Shown here in pieces: positions 13,560-32,414 of a stretch of 64,000 nucleotides of DNA; positions within the stretch are counted from its first letter, which is position 1; each line of letters starts with the position of its first letter. The notes beneath the pieces were generated by a model. That model ran no database searches. It was not told the DNA's origin and saw only the letters and a program-made list of their open reading frames with translations. Source of the DNA: Eledone cirrhosa (lineage: Eukaryota); the NCBI GenBank assembly GCA_964016885.1, contig OZ024741.1:311798001-311862000 (forward strand), read 5' to 3'. The translations under genes and the position numbers were made by a program.

Positions 13560-16028
13560 AGATGTGCACGGCCTTCCAGCAGCATTTTGCACAGCTGTTC
13601 GAGCAAAGCGGTACGTCAGGGGAGGTGGTGGACTTCAGCTCCTAACTCGACGGCGTACCACAACTCTCGAGCACGGATGCGGAGAGCTGCGAAAGGCCGA
13701 TCACAGCGGGCGAAATAGAAGATGCCCTAGGCCGCTGTGGGAAACGCAAATCACACGGTTTAGATGGTTTACACTATGAGTTTTACATAGGCATGACAGA
13801 CTTGTTTTCTGGCGTCCTCGAAGCGGTCTAATGCAAGTGGCAGCAGAAGTGGAGGATTCTCAGTTCTATAGGCAGAGGCGTAGTAACACTGATCAGGAAA
13901 GATAAGAACGAGGGGATGCGATAAGCAATTTCAGGCCCATAACCCTGCTCAACACAGAGTTTAAAATATTGGCAAAGGTGTTAGCAACGAGGCTGGGGCT
14001 AGTCGTCCTGAACCTGGTAGGGGAAGCGCAAACGTGTGCAATCCCGATCAGGTCCATACACAACAACCTCCACCTCATGCTATACATTATAGAGAGTGTA
14101 GGGTGTAAACCTTGCTTCGGTGGGACTCTGATCCATTTAGATCAGTCTCAGGCATTTGATAGGCTCGACCATCAATATTGGAAGCGATTATCAAGGCGCC
14201 CGGCCTCGGTCCCGTCTTCATAGGCTGGATCGCTGCCATGCACACCAGCATCTGCACGGCAATCAAGGTGAATGGCTACCTCTCGGAGCCATTCCAAATC
14301 ATGCGTTCCATCCGTCAGGGTAGCCCTCCTTCCTCCATCCTGTATGTAATGACACTCGAGCCATTACTGCGGAAGTTGGAGCGGTTGTAGGGCATCACGA
14401 TCGAACCGGGATTGGGGAAAGTAGTGTCTGCCTATTCCCGACGACATAACCGTAATGGTGTCGAAAACCTCGGACATCGGGGTAATCGGCAACCTATTGC
14501 ATGAATACGAAACGTTGACAGGAGCAAGACTAAACCCAAACAAGTTTGTCGGTTTGCAACTCGGCACATGGAGTGGCAACCCCATGCCTTCAGACTGTGT
14601 CGTTGGACGTTGGAAGGACCGGTGAAATTGCTCGAGATCTGGTTTGGTCCAGACCCCCAGGTAGACAAGAACTAGAACGAAGTCACGGCGAAGGTGTTTG
14701 CACTCATCCAGATGTGGGCTGAGCGCAAACTCTCCTTGAAAGGTCGAGCAGAGGTGTCGAACACGTACATATCGTCCATCATCTACTACCGCTTGACTGT
14801 CGTGCCTTGTCCCCGCGAATACCTCACCAAAATATAACGTCTACTCTTCACGTTCCTCTGGAAGAAACAGGCTCCATTGGTGAGGAGATCCATCTGCTGT
14901 CAACACCCTTCTAACGTGGCTGATGATGCGCAAGCACGCGCTGAGGCTACGCCATCTCCAGGTGTTCCTGACTGGCAAACTGGTGTAGTTATGGTTTGTG
15001 AGACGAGCTCTTCCACAACTCGTCTCACTAACAGAGCTGCAGTCCTGGGTCAAGCGAAGACCGAAAATGGGCGCCTGGTACCGCGAGTGCCTTCAGGCGC
15101 TCACAGCCCTCTACCAAGCGGTAACGGCAATCAGCAGTGACTCTACTTCGACATTCTGTAGGGGATTAGTGGAGGATAAGTGCGACGACGTTTTCGGGGA
15201 AACTCTAGGCATCGAGGAAGACGAACTGACCAGTCTGTTCGGGAGGACTTTCCGTCCAAGGCCCATGGATAACTTCCAGAGGTCTCTGGCCTGGCAGTGC
15301 TACCGAGGAGCTCTACCAGTTCGAGACAAAATCCACAGGCACGGACGCCCTGGAATAGATCCTGCCAAAATGATCTGTCCAAGATGCGAGCAGGACATCG
15401 AAATCGTTCTGCACACAATTGTTCAGTGCCCAGGGGTGACCGACCTGTGGAATTATGTCGAACAGCTACTGTCACGTGTAGGACGCATCCAGTTGTCAGC
15501 CGAGTCCATCGTGAGGATCACCCCGCCGCCTTCATTTAAGAATGAAGCAGAGGCGGTCTTCCTCTGTCTTGTGGCTATGGCGAAAGAGGTAATATGATGT
15601 ACGAGGTTAAAAGGACTGAGGGCAAGCACCTTTCTCTCCGGACAACAACTCATCCTCTTCTTTAAGTACCACTTCAGAAGGAAGGTGAGAGTGGATAGAG
15701 AGGTGCTACACACCAGTAAATTCGCTGAAAGGTGGGTGAATTCGGCGAAAATGGCCCGGGTGAATGGTCCTTCTCTGTATATAAACCTGTATGTTGAGGA
15801 AGATAAACAGAGGGAAGAGGGAAACACCTACAAAACGTGTTCCTGTTGTTGAGGGTTGTTCTATCCACGGGGTGTACAACAACTCCGCAGTAGCGTTAAC
15901 CCCCCCCCCCCACAATGGGGATTTCAATTGTTTTATTTTTATATAGGTTATTGTTATTTATCATTGTTAAAATTTTATATAAATCCCCCGCCGTCACGTC
16001 TTGTAATGTCCCATTTTTGTACGTCCCT
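13560..16028 (+). mobile_element. Tx1/L1-clade LINE, 5'-truncated ORF2 pseudogene
   Basis: RPITLLNTEFKILAKVLATRL, LDQSQAFDRLDH, IRQGSPPSSILY and zinc knuckle CPRCEQDIEIVLHTIVQCP. A-rich end runs into (TA)n. Many stops and frameshifts. Confidence 0.88.
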
Positions 16029-16045
16029 GTGGAAAATAAAGAAAG

Positions 16046-16095
<50 letters not shown>

Positions 16096-16196
16096 ATAAT
16101 AATAAATGTGAAGACTAAAATCCAAAGAGGGCTAGATAAGGATAAATATATATCAAATATATAAGAACCGTAGAGCAAATATTTATTAAAATAACT

Positions 16197-17945
<1,749 letters not shown>

Positions 17946-18046
17946 GCATTGAAGTTTCTGTTGAAATTTAAAAAAGTCATAGGAGTGAAGAGTGCTCAAT
18001 GTAATGTGACAGAGGTAAATTTAAATAAATAAATGTATAATAAAAA

Positions 18047-18112
18047 TTGCCTTGTCTGACGATCGAATGCGGACGTTTCTTGTACTCGTCTTACTCCGGA
18101 AACCTCTGGCAA
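18047..18112 (+). ncRNA. Hammerhead-like motif in short (TA)n-bounded element
   Basis: ttgcc..CTGACGA-[imperfect stem ggacg/cgtct]-GAAA-cctc-tggcaa. Confidence 0.45.
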
Positions 18113-18143
18113 TGAAGTCATTATATTGTATTGTTCATTATAC

Positions 18144-18186
<43 letters not shown>

Positions 18187-18286
18187 ATAATAATAAATTT
18201 GAAGACTAAAATCCAAAGATGGCTCGATAAGGATAAATATATATCAAATATATAAGAACCGTAGTGCAAATATTTATTAAAATAAC

Positions 18287-18338
<52 letters not shown>

Positions 18339-18431
18339 CTCATTTATACCTTTCATATATACCTCTCATTTATACCTTTCATATATACCTCTCATATATA
18401 CCTCTCATTTATACCAATCTCTATACCTCTC

Positions 18432-18468
<37 letters not shown>

Positions 18469-18625
18469 TACATATACATGTATATATAGATGTATTCGAA
18501 AAAAAGGAAAATAATGACTTCATTTGTAGTGTTAATAAATTTATGATTTAATGTTATAATATTATAATATTATGAGATCCAGTAAATTCTTTGTTAACTT
18601 CGGTGGGTGAGAATTTTAGAGATTC

Positions 18626-20380
18626 CTAGTTAACTTGGGTTGGAGAACTTTCTCGTATTCGTCTGTCTGATCTCAGTTTGACAATCGCCACAGCAACTAG
18701 TCCCGACGTTCCAGCGGCCTTAACATTTTTCATTTTCTTAATTGCCTCTTGGACCCTGCATTCGTCAATCTCAATTGCTGGTCCCTCTGTTGGTTCTACT
18801 GGGGGATAATTTATCTCTCTCCCATTCGTACTCCACATTCATCAGTCTCTCATAATGACATTTCCAGGCATCCTTTTTTCTGATCATTCGTGACACTAAG
18901 TACACCAGCATCAGTATTCTCATAAATTGCTACAAAGGTAAAGGGGATGCTCTGGGGAGGAGCAATTATATGGGCATAAAACTGATGGATTTATGTTATG
19001 AAAGTGGCAGGAAGATATTAACGCAATTAATCAGAGAAAGGGTCAAATTAGATGAGATGCAGTTTGGTTGTGTGCCTAGAAAAAGTACAACAGATGCCCT
19101 CTTCTGAGTGAGACAACTACAAGAGAGGTTCTTAGAGAAGAATAAGCCACTATACTTAACTTCTGTTGACTTAGCGAAGGCCTCTGATAGCGTACCCCGA
19201 TCTGTCATCTGGTGGTCGCTAAGGAAACTAGGTGTAGAGGAATGGCTTGTGAGGACAGTGCAAGCTATGTACAGGGGTGCTGTCAGTAAAGTGAGGGTAG
19301 GAATGGAGTTTAGTGATGTATTCCAGATACAAGTTCATCAAGGTTCGGTCCTCAGTCCGCTCTCGTTCATTATAGTTCTCCACGCGATAACAGAGGATTT
19401 TAAGACTGGCTGCCCATGGTAACCTCTCTATGATGACGATCTGGTACTGGTAGCAGAATCAGTAGAGGAGCTAGAGAATAAATTCTGGCTATGGAAAAAT
19501 CATTTGGAATCAAGAGGTCTGAGAGTGAACATATCTAAGACAAATGTGTAGGTAAGTAGAAAAGAGGACAAAACTCTGATTCGATCAGGCAAATGGCCAT
19601 GTTCCATATATAGAAAAGGAGCTCGTATACATTCTACAAAATATACACAAGAATGCAGATCTTGGGTACACAAGAGATGTAGTTGGATAGCAGGCAAACT
19701 AACAGGGAGGGTAAACTACGTATGCAGTAGATGAACAGGGAAATTTGTCAGTAGAAATCGCAGTGATAGACACATTTCTAAAATGCAGGTGGGTTCTATA
19801 GAAGTGGTTGATAGCTTCCAGTACGTAGGTGATCAGATTAGCATGGATGTGGGTGTTCCGAGGCCATAGTATCTAGAATAAGGACGGGTTGGAAGAAGTT
19901 TAGGGAGCTGATTCCTCTGTTGACAAAGAAAGGTTTCTCCCTGGGTACGAAAGGATGGTTATACGATGAATGTGAGATGCCCGATGCTGCATGGTAGTGA
20001 GATGTGGGCAGGAACTACGGAGGATATGAAGCAAGCATGCTACGTTGTATGTGCAATGTGCGTCAACGACGAAGCATAGATGATTTAAGCGAGAAATTGT
20101 ATGGATGAGTTGTGGTGTGCAGGAGAGAAGACTGCGATGGCATGGACATTTGATGTGCATAGAGAATGACCGGTGGGTAAAGAAGTGCCAAGAAATCCCA
20201 GTAGAAGGAAGACGCGGTAGAGGAGACTACGAAAAACATAGGCGGAGTTGGTGAGAGCAGACCTCAGATCGCTGAAGCTCACGGATCGGATGTCGAAGGG
20301 CCGTGACAAATGGAGAGATGCTGAATAGGATCCGTCCCACGCTTGCAAGCAGGCAAAAGCGGACCTAAAATGATGATGAT
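18626..20380 (+). mobile_element. RTE-clade LINE with inverted 5' segment; (GAT)n tail
   Basis: Plus strand: YKGKGDA, QFGCVPRKST, VDLAKASDSVPR, HQGSVLSPLSF, YDDDL and tail aaatgatgatgat. 18626-18930 encodes the upstream region (EAIKKMKNVKAAGTSG) on the minus strand. Confidence 0.88.
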
Positions 20381-20699
20381 ATATATGTTTATAGAAGTGG
20401 TTGATAGATTCCAGTACGTAGGTGATCAGATTAGCATGGATGTGGGTGTTCCTAGGCCATAGTACCGAGAATAATACACACACCCCTCTCCTCACTCCAA
20501 CTTTCACACCTACCCATCCTCTCCCCTGTCCACCGCACGTCCGCACACACTGACACACTGACTTTCTTCACTTACCATTCTACCCGATTGCTGCTATGCC
20601 CTTATCTCTGACCACCTCCCCGCACACACAGACACACAACCCTCCTCCTGCCTTGACCCTCTGACCACTTCCTGTTGCGCGCGCACCCCACATCTCGTC

Positions 20700-21445
20700 T
20701 CTTCCGACCAACCCAACCACGGATTACACATATTGAACATCGATCCTAGAATCCACTACATCTCAAGGATATTACCCAGCATTCCACCACATCCTCTACG
20801 GAACTACCTTAAGGACTCACCCACTGACATACACTCAAAAATGTATTTTTACCACACGCCGCCTACATCCACAGCACGCATAAACACCACACACACACGT
20901 GCGTACCACCACATATTTATACACTCAGCCTCCGGAATCCTCTCCCCAACCCCTCTGACCCCTCCCATCCACACACGCACACGCACACCAACCTACACCC
21001 CACCCCACACACACCTCTTCCTGAACATGCAACCCCGTTCTTCCCCCAACTCTTACTTTCACATACACACACACACACACGTACACCTACACACACACAC
21101 CACCTTCAGCTCTCCCCGCTCGGACACCCCGCCTCCCTCACCCCACTCCACGCGCCACCACACCTACACGCTCCACACCCTTCCACCACCTGTCTTACTT
21201 CATATTTATTTTTATTTTTATTATGCTTTTATATTTAATTTCATTTGTACCTCTCACTCCCGTTTTTCTATATGTCTCTCCACCACTCCCTACACACCCT
21301 TGGAACTCTCTTCCCACACACTTTTTACCTGAAGAAGTGCTTATACTCGAAACGTCGTTCCCCACCACCACCCCACTCTCAAGAGCGTGAAACTAATAAA
21401 CCTTTGTTCGTACTGCCTCTCTGTTTTGTTCCCGTTCAATTTTGT
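20700..21445 (+). mobile_element. Probable PLE 3' UTR/pLTR remnant with degenerate hammerhead (21329-21360)
   Basis: CA-rich UTR followed by CTGAAGA-agt gcttat act c-GAAAC-GTC, then AATAAA, ending at (TA)n. Confidence 0.4.
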
Positions 21446-21639
21446 ACTATATATATATAATACTATTTATAGTTATATATATAGTATAAACAACTATAAA
21501 CAGGTAGGTCAGTAATTTCTTATTACTTTATTACCAGTAAGAGAAATAGCTCAATGTATGAACATCAGTTGTTTTACAGAGGAGGAGGAAATAAATAAAT
21601 AAAAAATAAATAAATTATACAATTATCAAAGTTGTGTTC

Positions 21640-22330
21640 AAATCATATAATAGCTAACAATCTTCCAAACTCTCGTTTGGAGTCGTTGGAGCATTATCAA
21701 TGTTTGCACATATAATTAACCTCCTATTCAACTGAACAATAATATAGATACATATAAATTGATGTTGTGAGCAACATTTTTGTATTTACAGGGTGGAATG
21801 TATGTGACATATATTTTACGAGAATTGTACAATAATTGTACAATCATTGAATTCAAATTAAAATTAAAATCAAAAACATGGAGTGAAAATACATGCAACA
21901 GATAAAACAAGAGAATAATCCAATCATTAAAGAGGCATTGAGAAGGTAGTTTTGAGAAAGGAAGAGTACATTAACAATTCATATGCAGGCGTGTGGAGAG
22001 TGCAACTGATTAGTCATATACATGAGAACGAGACAAGGAAAGTTATTATGCATATATAGATGATTAAATATTGCAATTTAAGCAAATATTGTTTTATCTG
22101 TTGCATGTATTCCACTCCATGCTTTTGATTTTAATTTGAATTTGACCTTGAATGTTTGTACAATTATTGTACAATTCTCGTAAAATATATGTCACATCTA
22201 TTCCAGCCTGTAAATACGAAACTGTTGCTCACAAAATCAATTAACATGTATCTATATTATTATTCAGTTGAATCGGAGGTTAATTATATGTGCAAACATT
22301 GATAATGCTCCGATGACACCAGACGCGAGT
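21640..22330. repeat. Long inverted repeat (~250-bp arms, ~180-bp spacer)
   Basis: 21640-21908 is the reverse complement of 22092-22330 (e.g. ggagcattatcaatgtttgcacatataattaacctcc / ggaggttaattatatgtgcaaacattgataatgctcc). Confidence 0.9.
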
Positions 22331-22598
22331 ATATATATATATATAGTTATATATATATATATATATATATATATGAATAAAATTAGAGTAAGATAACAGG
22401 ACTTTTTTTAATTGTTGATCTCACCAGCCTGATGTATATGGTCTTTAATGCGAAGACATACCGATAGTGGCTGGAATATCACTGAAACAAACAGACCTGT
22501 CTTCTTGCTCTAATTTTATACATATGTATCCCATTTGCAACAACGCAGCACACCATTTGCCATTTTTCATATATACATATATATATATGTATACAGAT

Positions 22599-22674
<76 letters not shown>

Positions 22675-22716
22675 GATATTAAATAAATGGAAACTATATT
22701 TATAAAACCATATTTA

Positions 22717-22778
22717 TTTCATTATATATATTTCAGGGATATCATATTAACAATATGTTATGCCTTCTTCAGACAAAA
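22717..22778 (-). ncRNA. Type I hammerhead ribozyme (pLTR)
   Basis: Reverse complement of 25489-25550. Confidence 0.7.
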
Positions 22779-25488
22779 TACAATATAGACAGTTTTATAG
22801 ATAAATAGATTTGACATACCGTTCAACATCGACTTGTATTTGAAAAAGTTGATTTGGCAGTGAACAATTGTAAACAGAAAGAAAGAAAGAAAGAAAGAAG
22901 GAAGAAAGAAAGAAAACGAAGAAAAAGAAGAAAAAGAAGAAATGCATGCAACAAAAAAGAGAGATGGAAAGATAGATAAAGAGAAGAACTTCATGTAAAG
23001 AAACAGAGAGAGATATATAGAGAGAGGAAATAGATAGAGATAGATATATATAGAGAAAAGTAGGTAGTTGAACGACGTATCAATGATACATTTATTTATT
23101 TATTTATTTATTTAGCTCTAGTATTAATGTAAGGGAGATATATGTGGTTAGGAAAGAAACCAGCCTTTATATAGAGAGAAAAATGAAAAGAATGAAAAGT
23201 AACCAGACATAGGCGAGGCAGAATTTAAAAACCCTATGTTTTAATGTAGAAATATTAGTTCGTATAAAAACCAGGCACTATAATGTAAATATCAGTATTC
23301 CTGAATGAGACACGTATCTATAATGTGTGAAAAGTAATGATCTTATGTCTAGTTTTAAAAAATTCATATGTTTATATGATAACTACAAACATCGATGTGT
23401 ATTTACGTGATCAACTCTGCAAACCCCTATTTCACACGGAGAACATTCTCATTGTGCTATAAAAATTTAAGTATACATATATGTGTATATATACACATAT
23501 ATATAGAGTCTATATTAATTTTAACAATACTATTCTTGTCTTTACTCTACATGATTATCTATCAAGCAGAAATAGAGAACAGATTTCAATATATTAATAA
23601 AAATATCAGAAACAAAAACAAAGAATAATAATAATAATAATAATTAAAAAATAATAATAATAAACAAATAAATAAAATAGAAAACTAAAAAATATTACAT
23701 ATTAAAAATGAAAATATTAAAAATATAAAAAAATATAAAAAAATATTAAAATAATAAAAATAAAAACATAATATGCCACGCAAATCGACCACAAAGATCA
23801 AACTTTCAAAATTAATTGACAATATATTGCCAAGTTCATTATAAGCATCAGAGTCGAAAACAGACAAAGCCAAAAATTATTTACCAAATCGCGTCCAGCA
23901 GAAATCATTTCAAAAGTTTAGGATGCCCATTTGGTCTACATATGTTCTTATATTTAATATAGAAGTTTATCTAGTGTAACGTTTATTCGATATATTTGGA
24001 GCATCAACTTTTAGGGTAGTTTAATTTTTCATGAAGAATGTTTAAAATAAAAATTAAAATAAAAAGAAGAATAAAAAGAAGAAATCGAAAGATTTATCGG
24101 CTAGTTTCCCAAATAATTACAAATCAAACTAAATATACTACATTTTAAATTTAAATTTATATTTAAAAGTTGAGTTCAATCTATGTTTGCAGCAACTGAA
24201 TAAATTTGTCCGTAGATTAAGGGAATTTTTAGATTTTAGTATAAAGAATATCTCCTCCGCGCAGAGGTCACATGTCTCAGAGGATGAATTAAAAGGAATC
24301 CCTCTTGAGACTATATTCAAGCCGTCGAATATCTAACGTTATCTTGCCTAAGTTGCCAGAGTACGCCTGATAGTGCTGTTGAAGATTTTTTGCTTGGATC
24401 TGTGAAAGAATTCTTGTGGTTATTATAGCGAAGTTTAAATTCCGTCGATCTGGAACCGACGTAGTTAAAAGAATTAGAGTCCGTTTTAACATTACAGTTG
24501 TATATTATATTTTTAACTAAGCAGTTGTTATTTAACGGACATTTAGATCTATCTCTACAGTTACATTTGTTAACTTGTATATTATTTATGCTATTATCGC
24601 TAGGTTTTAAGTTCCTATTATTTATTCTATTAATATTTTGTGCTAAATTTTTGGTGGATGAGTAGGTTAATTTTATAGTATGTCTATTGAAAATTGAGTG
24701 ATACCTATGTGTTCTAGGGAAGCGATTATCAAGAGCTTTAAAAAATAGTTTAGCGATGTGGGTTTTAATGTTTAGTGAGAAAGGGGGGGGGGGGGGGGAA
24801 ACCATATTATGTTCCTAGTTCTATTTCTTTTTTGGCTTTTGGAATTATTGTAATGCTTTCTATTATAGTTGTTAAGGTTGTGGCCGTAATTAAAATAGTT
24901 GTTATTTTGTTTAGTTTGTCTATCACTATGTACATAATCTTATCACTATATCCTGCTCTAGCTAACGCTTCAGTGTAGTACTGGGCTTTTTCGTCGAAAA
25001 TCTTTCTATTAGACGAGATTCTAGAGATACGTTTTTGAACAGAGTTTACTATAGTGTTTTTGACAGATCTGGGGTGGTTAGAGTTAAAGCTGACATAGTT
25101 TAAGTTTTCATTCAACTTGTGAAATGGATAGTGAAGACATGTGTTGAGATTTAATGTTATATCTAGGAAATTGACTATTCTATGGTTGTTCTCAATTTCT
25201 ATTTTTAGATTAAAGTAATTAAAAAATTGTGTAATTTGTTTTCTTTTTCTATTTAGTTCAGAGTTATTATTATCAATAAGTAAAAGCATGTCATCTCTAT
25301 ATAAACCTCCGGTAGTACCAGGTATTTTCCTATGTAGCGAATTGATTAAAAATAAGCCCACAAGGTCAGTTACCTGAGCTGAGTCGGATGATCCCATAGT
25401 AATGTCAAAATTGCTATCTCTATCTGCTCTGGTCCATAGTTGGTCATTAAATTCTATCAATGTTTTAAATAAAACTGTCTATATTGTA

Positions 25489-25550
25489 TTTTGTCTGAAG
25501 AAGGCATAACATATTGTTAATATGATATCCCTGAAATATATATAATGAAA
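25489..25550 (+). ncRNA. Type I hammerhead ribozyme (pLTR)
   Basis: ttttgt-CTGAAGA-agg..catatt gtt aatatg..cct-GAAA-t atat ata-atgaaa. Confidence 0.7.
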
Positions 25551-25799
25551 TAAATATGGTTTTATAAATATAGTTTCCATTTATTTAATATCGTAAATAT
25601 ACTCCAAATACTTGTTGAGTGCTTTTATATCAGTTATAAATATTTACTAGTTGTAACCCAACAATTTAAATATAACTTTCCATATATATATATATATATA
25701 TATATATAACATATATATATATATACATATACATATATATCTATATATATCTATCTATATATATATATGTGTGTAAATGAAGTAATTCCGTCGGAAAAG

Positions 25800-28353
<2,554 letters not shown>

Positions 28354-28425
28354 ATAAAATAAGTAAATAAAATAAGTAAGTCAAATATGTAAAATTTGGC
28401 TCCGTTTTTTGTTAATTATAAATTT

Positions 28426-28480
28426 ACTGCTATATATATTTCGGTGACAGCTATTATTGGCTGTGACCTCTTCAGGCAGT
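28426..28480 (-). ncRNA. Type I hammerhead ribozyme (pLTR)
   Basis: actgc-CTGAAGA-ggtcacagc caataata gctgtcacc-GAAA-tatatata-gcagt. Confidence 0.82.
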
Positions 28481-31196
28481 TCGAATTTGTGTGGAAAAAT
28501 CACGTACACATGTTTGTTGAAGTGTGTTTCATTCTGTCAGTACATCGTTAAGTCCAGCTGCTGGGTGTGTTGTTAGTCCTCCGAGGAACAGGAATCATAT
28601 GGGCTAGAACAAATGAATTTCACCGTCATAGGACACGCTCGTATACCATTGGTCAGTTGTGAAATCACTCCTCAGGCAAAAGTCTATAGAAATTCTTCTG
28701 AGGCAGGTAAAACCTGTTATAGTTGTTTTTGTCAGAATGATTAAGTACAGCTGACCGCCTTCACTGAGTTGCAGTCGTAGTGCTGCTAAGAGGTCAGCTG
28801 GCAGGTCAACTTTAGTATGCTGCTACTATGGTATGAAGAATTGATATGTGTAGACTGGCATCTATCCTACCACCATTTCACGTGCTGGGGGATGCCGAAC
28901 AAATACAAATGCGTGTGTGTTACAACCAATATCAAACATTCGAAAAATATAAACTGAATAAAAACCTTGTGTGTCAAAATTGAGAAGTGTAAAGAATTAC
29001 AATTCTTATTCTAGCATTGAGTACGTACGTGTGATTGTCCGTCAGCGCGCAACTTTGCGCGTGCACACGTATAAACACAGACTCAGTGCATTGACCTATT
29101 TACGTCCACACAGACCAACTAAAGATGCGTGCGTTTTTAAAACAAATGAAGTAAAAGTGAGGGGAAAATACCAAAAAACCTGTGTGTCAAAATCCGGAAG
29201 TGTAAAGGACTACAATTCTCATTTCAGCATAAATACATATGCGTGTATATTAGTCAACGCACACCGTTGCAAGCACACACGCAAAAACACAGGCTCAGGT
29301 GCATTCCCATATTAGGTCTACACAGTCACACAGACGCGTACATGCACGCATACACATAGGTCTATATATGCCAACATGTGGATACACCCACACGGACACA
29401 GGGTCAAAAATACCTCTGGAGGGTGGGAGAGGCGTTAGTGGTAGTAATAGGCGCGTCATATCTACTTGTGGTACTTATCCCTGACTCATGCGTGCGAAGT
29501 GGATTGGGTTCGATGCAGGATATCCTCCAGGTATTCTTGTCACAAGCCGGGGTTGGGCGTTGGGACCCGTTGTTCGGAAACTCGGGGTGCCTGTTTGCAT
29601 AGGGGGTAGGACTCCACCGACGTTCGTCGTTTATTTATATCATCTAGTGTCAGCTAACTTGAGGTCTGGTGAAGGAAGTGAGAGAGACGGGTTGACCACA
29701 GCGGTGTGAGGCATAGTTCTAGCTGCTAAGTAGGTGTGTTGCTATAGGAGTGGATCGAGGCGGGAGTAGAAGTGGGGAGTGTATAAAATGTGGTTTACCT
29801 GGGGCTGCTGTCCCTATAAATTGAGGGAAGTTCCCATCCTAATGGTTTTTTATCCTTATAGCTTGAGGAAAGTTCCGGCCCTGGGTTGTCTACATGTCCC
29901 AAAAGTCGGTCCTGAGGTTGATTATGCTGGTACCACCACTGAGTATCTCGAGCGTCTCGCTCAGCCATAGGTTTCAGATTCCACATCCCCCTCTATCGTG
30001 TTGCCCCACCTATTAAAGGAATGGCGATGGTTATACCACCTGTCCTTGAAGCTCGTTGATGTGGCTCCCATGTAAAGGTGCTCAGATTGGGGTGTTTTAC
30101 TCTACATCCGTATACCATGTTCTTCATGAGGCATTCATTAATAAGGGGGTATAATGGAATTCTGCATCTGCAGGAGGTGCTCGATTTCTGAGTGCCTATT
30201 ATGGCGTTCCCGTTGCGTAGTATAGGGCGGTCTGCACCTGTTCTCCGTGGGGGATCCCTGCGTCTGTTTGGCTTCCCAGGGTGGGTACCGGGTCCACCAT
30301 TCCTTCCCTCCACATGGCTCTGTTGGGTGCTTACATTGCTAGCTCGTGGTTGTGTGTAGTTTCTAAGTGTGCTCCTATTGTTGCTAGCTATGTGCTGGGC
30401 TACGTTGCGCATAGTAGAATAGGAGAGCTTTACAATGTCTCTGGTGAAGATCTAGAGGTGTCTGTGGTCCCTCGGGAAGCATTTATCTAGTGCTCTAAAA
30501 AATGACCGGGCCAGGCTGGTCACTATAGCCGCTGAGTAGGGTGGGTTGTACCACGTAATTTTTCTTAGTCTATTCCTATGTGGGTGGGTTGAGCGTGATG
30601 TGGGCTGTCGGGAAGTAGTTGGGTTTCTACTTGTTCCCGCATTGTTGATTCCCCTTTAGGCGCTATCTGTTTGGTTAGCTTCTCGGCCCGTAACTTTGGG
30701 CTGGTGTGTGCCCACGCTTAGAGCTCTACAATGGGGTGATCCTCCATCAGTCCCGCTTCGTGTCTTGCAGTTGGGGGCGTCGGGCCCGGAGTGGTTAGTA
30801 TCAGACCTGAGACCACCTCGCGTACTGGTTTTCCTCCCATGGCTAGGCGTACGTGTCCTTTTCTCTAATGTGGTGGTACCGCGTTCATGGAGTTTAGTGG
30901 ATTCCACTCTGCCTGCATTGTTAGGAATCCCCCCTTCCGGATACCGTGATCGGAGGGTTCGATTGTCTATCCCTATCATGGCGCTTTTTTAGATCTGCGT
31001 TATAATACTCTGCGATGCTATCGAAGATTTCCTTATTGGCGGACAGATTGGAGATCCTGTCCGAGACACTCTTGACTACGGCCTTAATTATGGATATATG
31101 GTGGTTTGTCTTGACGTTAACATATACCATCGATGTATTGACGGAGTGAAACACACTTCAAAAATATATGTACCTGTCTTTTCCACACCAATTCGG

Positions 31197-31250
31197 ACTG
31201 CCTGAAGAGGTCACAGCAATAATAGCTGTCACCGAAATATATATAGCAGT
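31197..31250 (+). ncRNA. Type I hammerhead ribozyme (pLTR)
   Basis: actgc-CTGAAGA-ggtcacagc aataata gctgtcacc-GAAA-t atat ata-gcagt; predicted cleavage after AUA. Confidence 0.82.
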
Positions 31251-31435
31251 AAATTTATAATTTTTAATAAGCGAAGCCAAATTTTACATATTTCAATTAC
31301 TTATTTTATTTTACATTACTCCGGAGTAAAAAAAAAAAAAAACTGCGTACTTCGTAGAGTGCTCCAATCTGCATACTGAGGTGTCGGTAACCAACCAACA
31401 TATACTCAGAAAGAAAAGAAAAAAAAAAATATATA

Positions 31436-31772
31436 TAGTGAAAGAGTGAAGAATAACATGGTCAACAGTACAAAAAAGAGTTTTATTTACAGTATTAACA
31501 ATTGTTTCATTGATTAGGATGTCTAAAGTTTCACTTGAAATTGTGTCACTCAACCTTCAATACAGTGTATGCCTAATCAAATCATCGGAATAACTGGAAT
31601 AACTGCAGTTATTCAGATAATTTGATTAGGCATAGACTGTATTGAAGGTTGAGTGACAAATCTTCAAGTGATTAGCAACCTATAGACATCCTAATCAATG
31701 AAACATTTATTAATACTGTAAATATAACCCTTTTTGTAGTGTTGACGATGTTATTCTTCACTCTTTCACTAT
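31436..31772. repeat. ~340-bp palindrome (centre aactgcagtt ~31607)
   Basis: Arms are near-perfect reverse complements (agtgaaagagtgaagaataacat ... atgttattcttcactctttcact). A related sequence lies at 38055-38120. Confidence 0.9.
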
Positions 31773-31930
31773 TATAACTCCAAGATTAACCTGCATAGGA
31801 ATTCCCGTGAACTCGCCACCTAACTAAGCAAACGTCTTGTTGAGTCAAACAACGCTGTACGTTAAAACTATCCATAATACAGAGTACTCACAACCTCTAA
31901 CTGGATTACTTTTAACAATAATTTGTTATC

Positions 31931-32000
<70 letters not shown>

Positions 32001-32284
32001 TATAAATTATGTCCATCGAATCATTTATTAAGATATATACACCATTTTCTCTCCCACTCAGCATAATCAACCACACAAAAAAATAATTAAACCAGGCTAT
32101 AAGATTAAAAGGCATCTATGAAGAAATAATAGACAAATAAACGACAGCCATCTATTCGCGATTAATAGCTATAGAATATTTACCCACCATTTCAATAGCA
32201 CGTAGAACTCGATTAAATATATCGTCAACCATACACAATTAGGTATAAAATTAAAGCTAGAAAAAAATGTATATAAACATACCA

Positions 32285-32414
<130 letters not shown>

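Larger units (their letters stand above)
22673..25594 (-). mobile_element. Penelope-like element (RT + GIY-YIG pseudogene) flanked by inverted HHR-bearing terminal repeats
   Basis: FDITMGSSDSAQVTDLVG, GLYRDDML, NFLDITLNL, CNCRDRSKCPL, IIYNC..YVGS, CDLCAEE. 22673-22798 is inverted at 25469-25594. Confidence 0.92.
28350..31313 (-). mobile_element. Decayed Penelope-like element flanked by inverted HHR-bearing terminal repeats
   Basis: Minus strand has YVNVKTNH..SVSDRISNLSANKEIFD, WYNPPYS and CRCRIP..CLMKNMVYGCRV (GIY-YIG region). 28350-28531 is inverted at 31147-31313. Confidence 0.85.
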
